From NCBI RefSeq assembly GCF_039654945.1, contig NW_027361690.1, positions 116,250,001 through 116,314,000 on the forward strand: 64,000 nucleotides of DNA, in the 5' to 3' direction. The stretch comes from Dendrobates tinctorius. Its lineage: Eukaryota. Of the stretch, positions 60,146 through 64,000 are shown in pieces; the stretch's first letter is position 1; each line of letters starts with the position of its first letter. The notes under the pieces were generated by a model, which saw only the letters and a list, made by a program, of their open reading frames with translations, was not told the origin of the DNA and did no database searches. A program made the translations under genes and the position numbers.

Positions 60146-62257
60146 GTTTCTCAAGTCAAATGCAAGCAAATGTGAAGAATTCAGCTGTAAAAAGGGGCTA
60201 TATAAAGAATTTCCATAAGACACGCCCACTGCTTTCCCATTGGTGGAGTGTGTTGCAAGAATTTTTTCTCTAGTTTATTGCGCATAAAAAATGCAAATGC
60301 ATGAAAACGCATACAAATGCTGCGATTTTTAGTCATTATGCGCACAATGTTACAAAAAACGCAGCGTTTACCAGCATTTGTATGCGCTTTTCACATGCGT
60401 TTCATGTGCGCTCCTAACACTGCGCAAAAAGCGCTAATATGAAACTAGCCTAAAAGGGCTAAACCTAAAGATGACACATTTCCTTTGTATTTTAGGCAAA
60501 AAAAAAGTCATTTTTTACATTTTAAAAATTACAAAAAGGAAAATGGGCCAATGCAAAAGTTTGGGCACCCTGCATGGTTAGTGCCTCAGCACGCACTTTT
60601 GCAAATATCACACCTTGTAAATGCTTTTTGCAGACAGCCAAGGGTCTTTCAATTCTTGTTTCAGTGTCTTTCATCCATTCTTCCTTGGAAAGTTCTTCCA
60701 GTTCTGTGAGATTCCTGGGTCGTCTTGCATGCACTGCTATTTTGAGGTCTAGCCACAGATTTTCAATGCTGTTCAGATCAGGGGACTGTGAGGGCCATTG
60801 TAAAACCTTCAGCCTGCACCTATTGTGGATTTTGACGTGTATTTGGGATCATTATCCGTTGTAGAAGCCATCTTCTTTTCAACTTCAGCTTTTTAACAGA
60901 TGATGTTATGTTTGCATCAAGAATTTGTTGAAATTTCAATAAATTCTTCTCTCTATCCATGAAATGTTCCCCACCCTATTGGCCTCAATACAACCCCAAA
61001 GCATGATTGATCCACCCCCATGCTTAATAGTTGGTGAGATGTTCTTTTCCTGAAATTCTCTGACCTTTTTTCTCCACATATACTCTTTAACCTCATCGGT
61101 CCACAAGACTTGTTTCCAAATGCTTCAGAGTTGTTTAGATGTTCTTTTGCATACTTCTGATGCTGAATTTTATGAAGAGGACACGGCAGGGGTTTTCTTC
61201 TGATGACTTTTCCATGAAGGCCATATTTGTGCAGGTGTCTCTGAACAGTAGAACAATACACCACAACTGCAGAGTCTGATAAATCTTTCTGAAGGTCTTT
61301 TGCAGTCAAGACTCTCTAGCAATCCTACGAGCAGCTCTCACTGAAATTTAGCTTGGTCTTCCAGACCTTATCTTGACCTCCACTGTTTCTGTTAATTGCC
61401 ATTTCTTAACTACTGGGGAAAAGGCAACTTGAAAATGCTTTGCTATCTTCTTATAGCCTTCTCTTGCTTTTGGGCCGCCACCATTTTTATTTTCAGGGTG
61501 CTAGCAGTTACTTAGAACCCATGACTGCTGTTTTTTGGCACAAGGCTAGAGTAGGCTGGATTTTTATAAAGCTGGGAAATTTGCATCATCTGGCCTTTCC
61601 TAATAGGTGAACAAGCCATAACCCTAACAGGCTAAGGTCTGGCCTAGGTCAAATTTATCTGAGCATACAACTCTCCAAGGGTGCACAAACATTTGCATTA
61701 ACCCATTAAAATATAAAAATGGCATTATATATATTGCTGAAATGTGTCATCTTTAACCGTGGGCCTTTTAGAGATCATTCCATCTCTACTTGCATAACTG
61801 TTCATAATAACGGTAATTTTGACCAGGGGGGCCCAACCATGCCACTGTAGCTCAACACAACTAATATAAGAAGCAGTTTCTCCAAATTCTCAGACAATTG
61901 CACTTTTACTGACTACTGCAGGCTCAGAATTATTCAATCCCTTAAAGGTGATGTCCAGTCTTGAACTACAAATCTTCAGTTACTCTTACGGGACTGCAGA
62001 CTTGTGAGTCCTCACATTGTGCACACTGCACGCTATAAGAATTCTCCATAAAACTTATTTTTCTTCTTTTGCCGATGAGGACTGTCCGGCGCCGGGAGCA
62101 GCGGTGACGTGACTGCCAGTGTGCAATATGCATTCTTCCACATTCCGACTGCATTGGGACAACCTCGCCCAATGCAAGTGTAGAGTGAGGCTGGAAACAG
62201 TCTAGTCGGAATGTGGCCGGGACTGTGCTTATTGCATACCTGTGGTCACAGCCTTAA

Positions 62258-62869
62258 AGGGAACCGGTCGCTGTTTTGGCCGCTATAAGATACGGCCACT
62301 GCTTTTCAGGGTTTATCTACAGCATCCTATAATGCCGTATATCAGCCCCCGATCCGACCTGCAAGAGAAGAAAAATAAGTTTTATTATACTGCCCCGGCG
62401 GCGGTACTGTGCAGTCCGGTCCGATGGGTGTCGCAGGTCCGGTGCCTCCCATCTTCTTGCAATGCTGCCCTCCTGCTTGCTTCATCACGCTCCTGCGCAG
62501 GCGTACTTATGTGCCCTTTTGAGGGTAGTGTAAAGTACTGCAGTGTGCAGGCGCCGGGAAAGGTCAGAGAGGCCCAAGCGCCTGCGCATTGCAGGACTGT
62601 GCTCTGCCCTCAACAGGACAGAGAAGTACGCCTGCGCAGGAGCGCGATGCCGGAGAGCCATGAAGCAAGCAGGAGCGCGGCATCGCAAGAAGATGGGAGG
62701 CGCCGGACCTGTGACACCCATCGGACTGCCTCACTGGATGAGTATAATAAATGTTATTTCTCTTCTCTTGTTGGTCGGGTGCAGCTATAGAGCATTACAC
62801 GATGCTGTGCATCAGCCCGGAAAGTGATGGCCGTAACTCGTAGCGGCTAACCCTGGGGCCAGGTTCCCT
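62258..62869. mobile_element. Kolobok-type MITE
   Basis: TTAA TSD; AGGGAACC / GGTTCCCT; internal palindromy; related to ~44437-44700. Confidence 0.82.
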
Positions 62870-63339
62870 TTAAGTGACTGCAGCACGTCCTGGTGGCAGC
62901 CGGCACGGACGTTTCCGTTTGTACGGTAAGCCTCATAGTAAATGACCCTGAAACCCAAGAACATTCACCTCCAAAGTGCTGAGAACCTCACACAGGAGCC
63001 ACAGGCGGTTGGGGCGTGATCTTTTCGGGCTGTGGATCGGAGGTGGCTCCATGATGCTCCTTGGTGGCTTTGCCTCCTCTTGTGGAGACGGATTCAGCCA
63101 GGGAAGCTTATCAGTAGGGCGGCTCTGTGATTGGGGAGGCCTATACAGAGCATTGGCAGCAGGTTATAACAGCCAGAGGAGCTGTCTGGAGCACTAATGA
63201 TGCTGGTCAGGAGGGCTGCAGACCCGAGCGTGACGGCTGTATAGCAGTATGTGATGGGGTCAGGACGGTCCGTGCACTGCAATGTGGCCCTCCAGACCCG
63301 AGCAGTGACAGGCCGCCCCTAGTGTGTCACTGCCCCTCC

Positions 63340-64000
63340 TGTGGGGTCGGTCACGGCCGCTCTCGGGGATTTTGCACTGCAGCAATGTTCCAAATCACGT
63401 GGCGCCACAGTGAAGCCCCCTCGTCACGTGCCCTGTCAGCCACCCACATTACGTAATGCGGTCTATTTCCAGAGACAATACGGGTGACGTCACGGAGGGG
63501 GTCCCTGCTGTGAGTGACAGCTGCGCTCCGCCGTGACGTCACCAGCAGCGAGCCATGCTCTGCACTGTAGCGCTGCAGCTCTCCATACACAGCAGGCTAC
63601 CCCTTCCTGCAGCACAGCGAGCAGCCCGTGCTGTCCGCACACTGACACGTGGAGCTGCTAGCGCCTAGCTAGCGAGAACTACATGTTAGTGTCCTGCCAG
63701 GTGATGACGTCACTGCCTCCACGGACGGGACACATTTCCAGGAGCGGCCCAATCAGATGGGCAAACAGCTGTATGGGCGTGTCCACAGCATAGTATGGGT
63801 GTGTCATTTGCCATCATTGGCCAATCACAGCCAAAGTCTGTTGACAGCAATTCCTGCCCCGCCCTCCAGATGTTCTATTGGTCGGCCCCATGTGTCAGGA
63901 AGACCAATAGCACGGAGAGGGTTGGAACTGTGCCGCGGAAACGTGACCAATCGAGTCTCGCCACTGTGCCAGTAGGCGTGTCTGCGCAGGCGAGAAAGGG
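63340..64000. promoter_or_regulatory. CpG-rich promoter of the next gene (possibly MXD1 by synteny)
   Basis: TGACGTCA at 63485, 63534, 63705; CACGTG at 63396, 63425, 63646; CCAAT/ATTGG at 63749, 63816, 63821, 63877, 63904, 63947. Confidence 0.75.

Larger units (their letters stand above)
54873..60450. mobile_element. PIF/Harbinger DNA transposon #2, full length, convergent MADF and transposase genes
   Basis: TIR GGCTGGTTTCACACTAGCG / CGCTAATATGAAACTAGCC; tta/taa flanks; host Tc1 TIR rejoins across it. Confidence 0.9.
54788..61847 (-). mobile_element. Tc1 element (transposase remnant ~60590-61480) with Harbinger #2 inside its TIR
   Basis: TA-cagcggcatg..cccctggtcaaaat and attttgaccagggg..gccactg-TA; PQSPDLNSIENLW-like and RRPRNLTELE motifs. 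Confidence 0.85.

Noticed and set aside
5961-60453. Mismatched Harbinger TSDs (tat/tta, taa/tta, tta/taa) as a special integration mechanism
   Set aside because: Four other Harbinger elements have perfect TSDs; the sample is too small to separate from post-insertion mutation

Overview
This is eukaryotic, vertebrate DNA, most likely from an anuran (frog). That is inferred from the TE repertoire (CR1, DIRS, Tc1, Harbinger, Kolobok/T2-type MITEs, Penelope-type fragments), not from a search. The only host protein-coding gene I can support is SNRNP27 (+ strand, 6 coding exons, 20146-43582, 152 aa). Its last intron is expanded to about 16.8 kb by nested transposons. A CRE/E-box/CCAAT-rich CpG promoter at the right edge belongs to the next gene, possibly MXD1 by synteny. 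The rest is a dense, nested TE landscape: a young CR1 LINE with an octamer-bearing 127-bp 5' monomer array; two full-length two-gene Harbinger transposons; a non-autonomous LTR element (tRNA-Ser PBS, orphan ORF); a DIRS element interrupted by Tc1 and itself inside a Tc1 derivative; hAT and Helitron elements carrying minisatellites; a solo LTR; and many MITEs. The most notable non-obvious signal is three unrelated Penelope-type insertions carrying minimal hammerhead-ribozyme motifs with palindromic stem III. One is a perfect 268-bp palindrome with a complete hammerhead on both strands, a 15-bp TSD and a retained intron-like segment. Another has a U3:A8 compensatory catalytic core.
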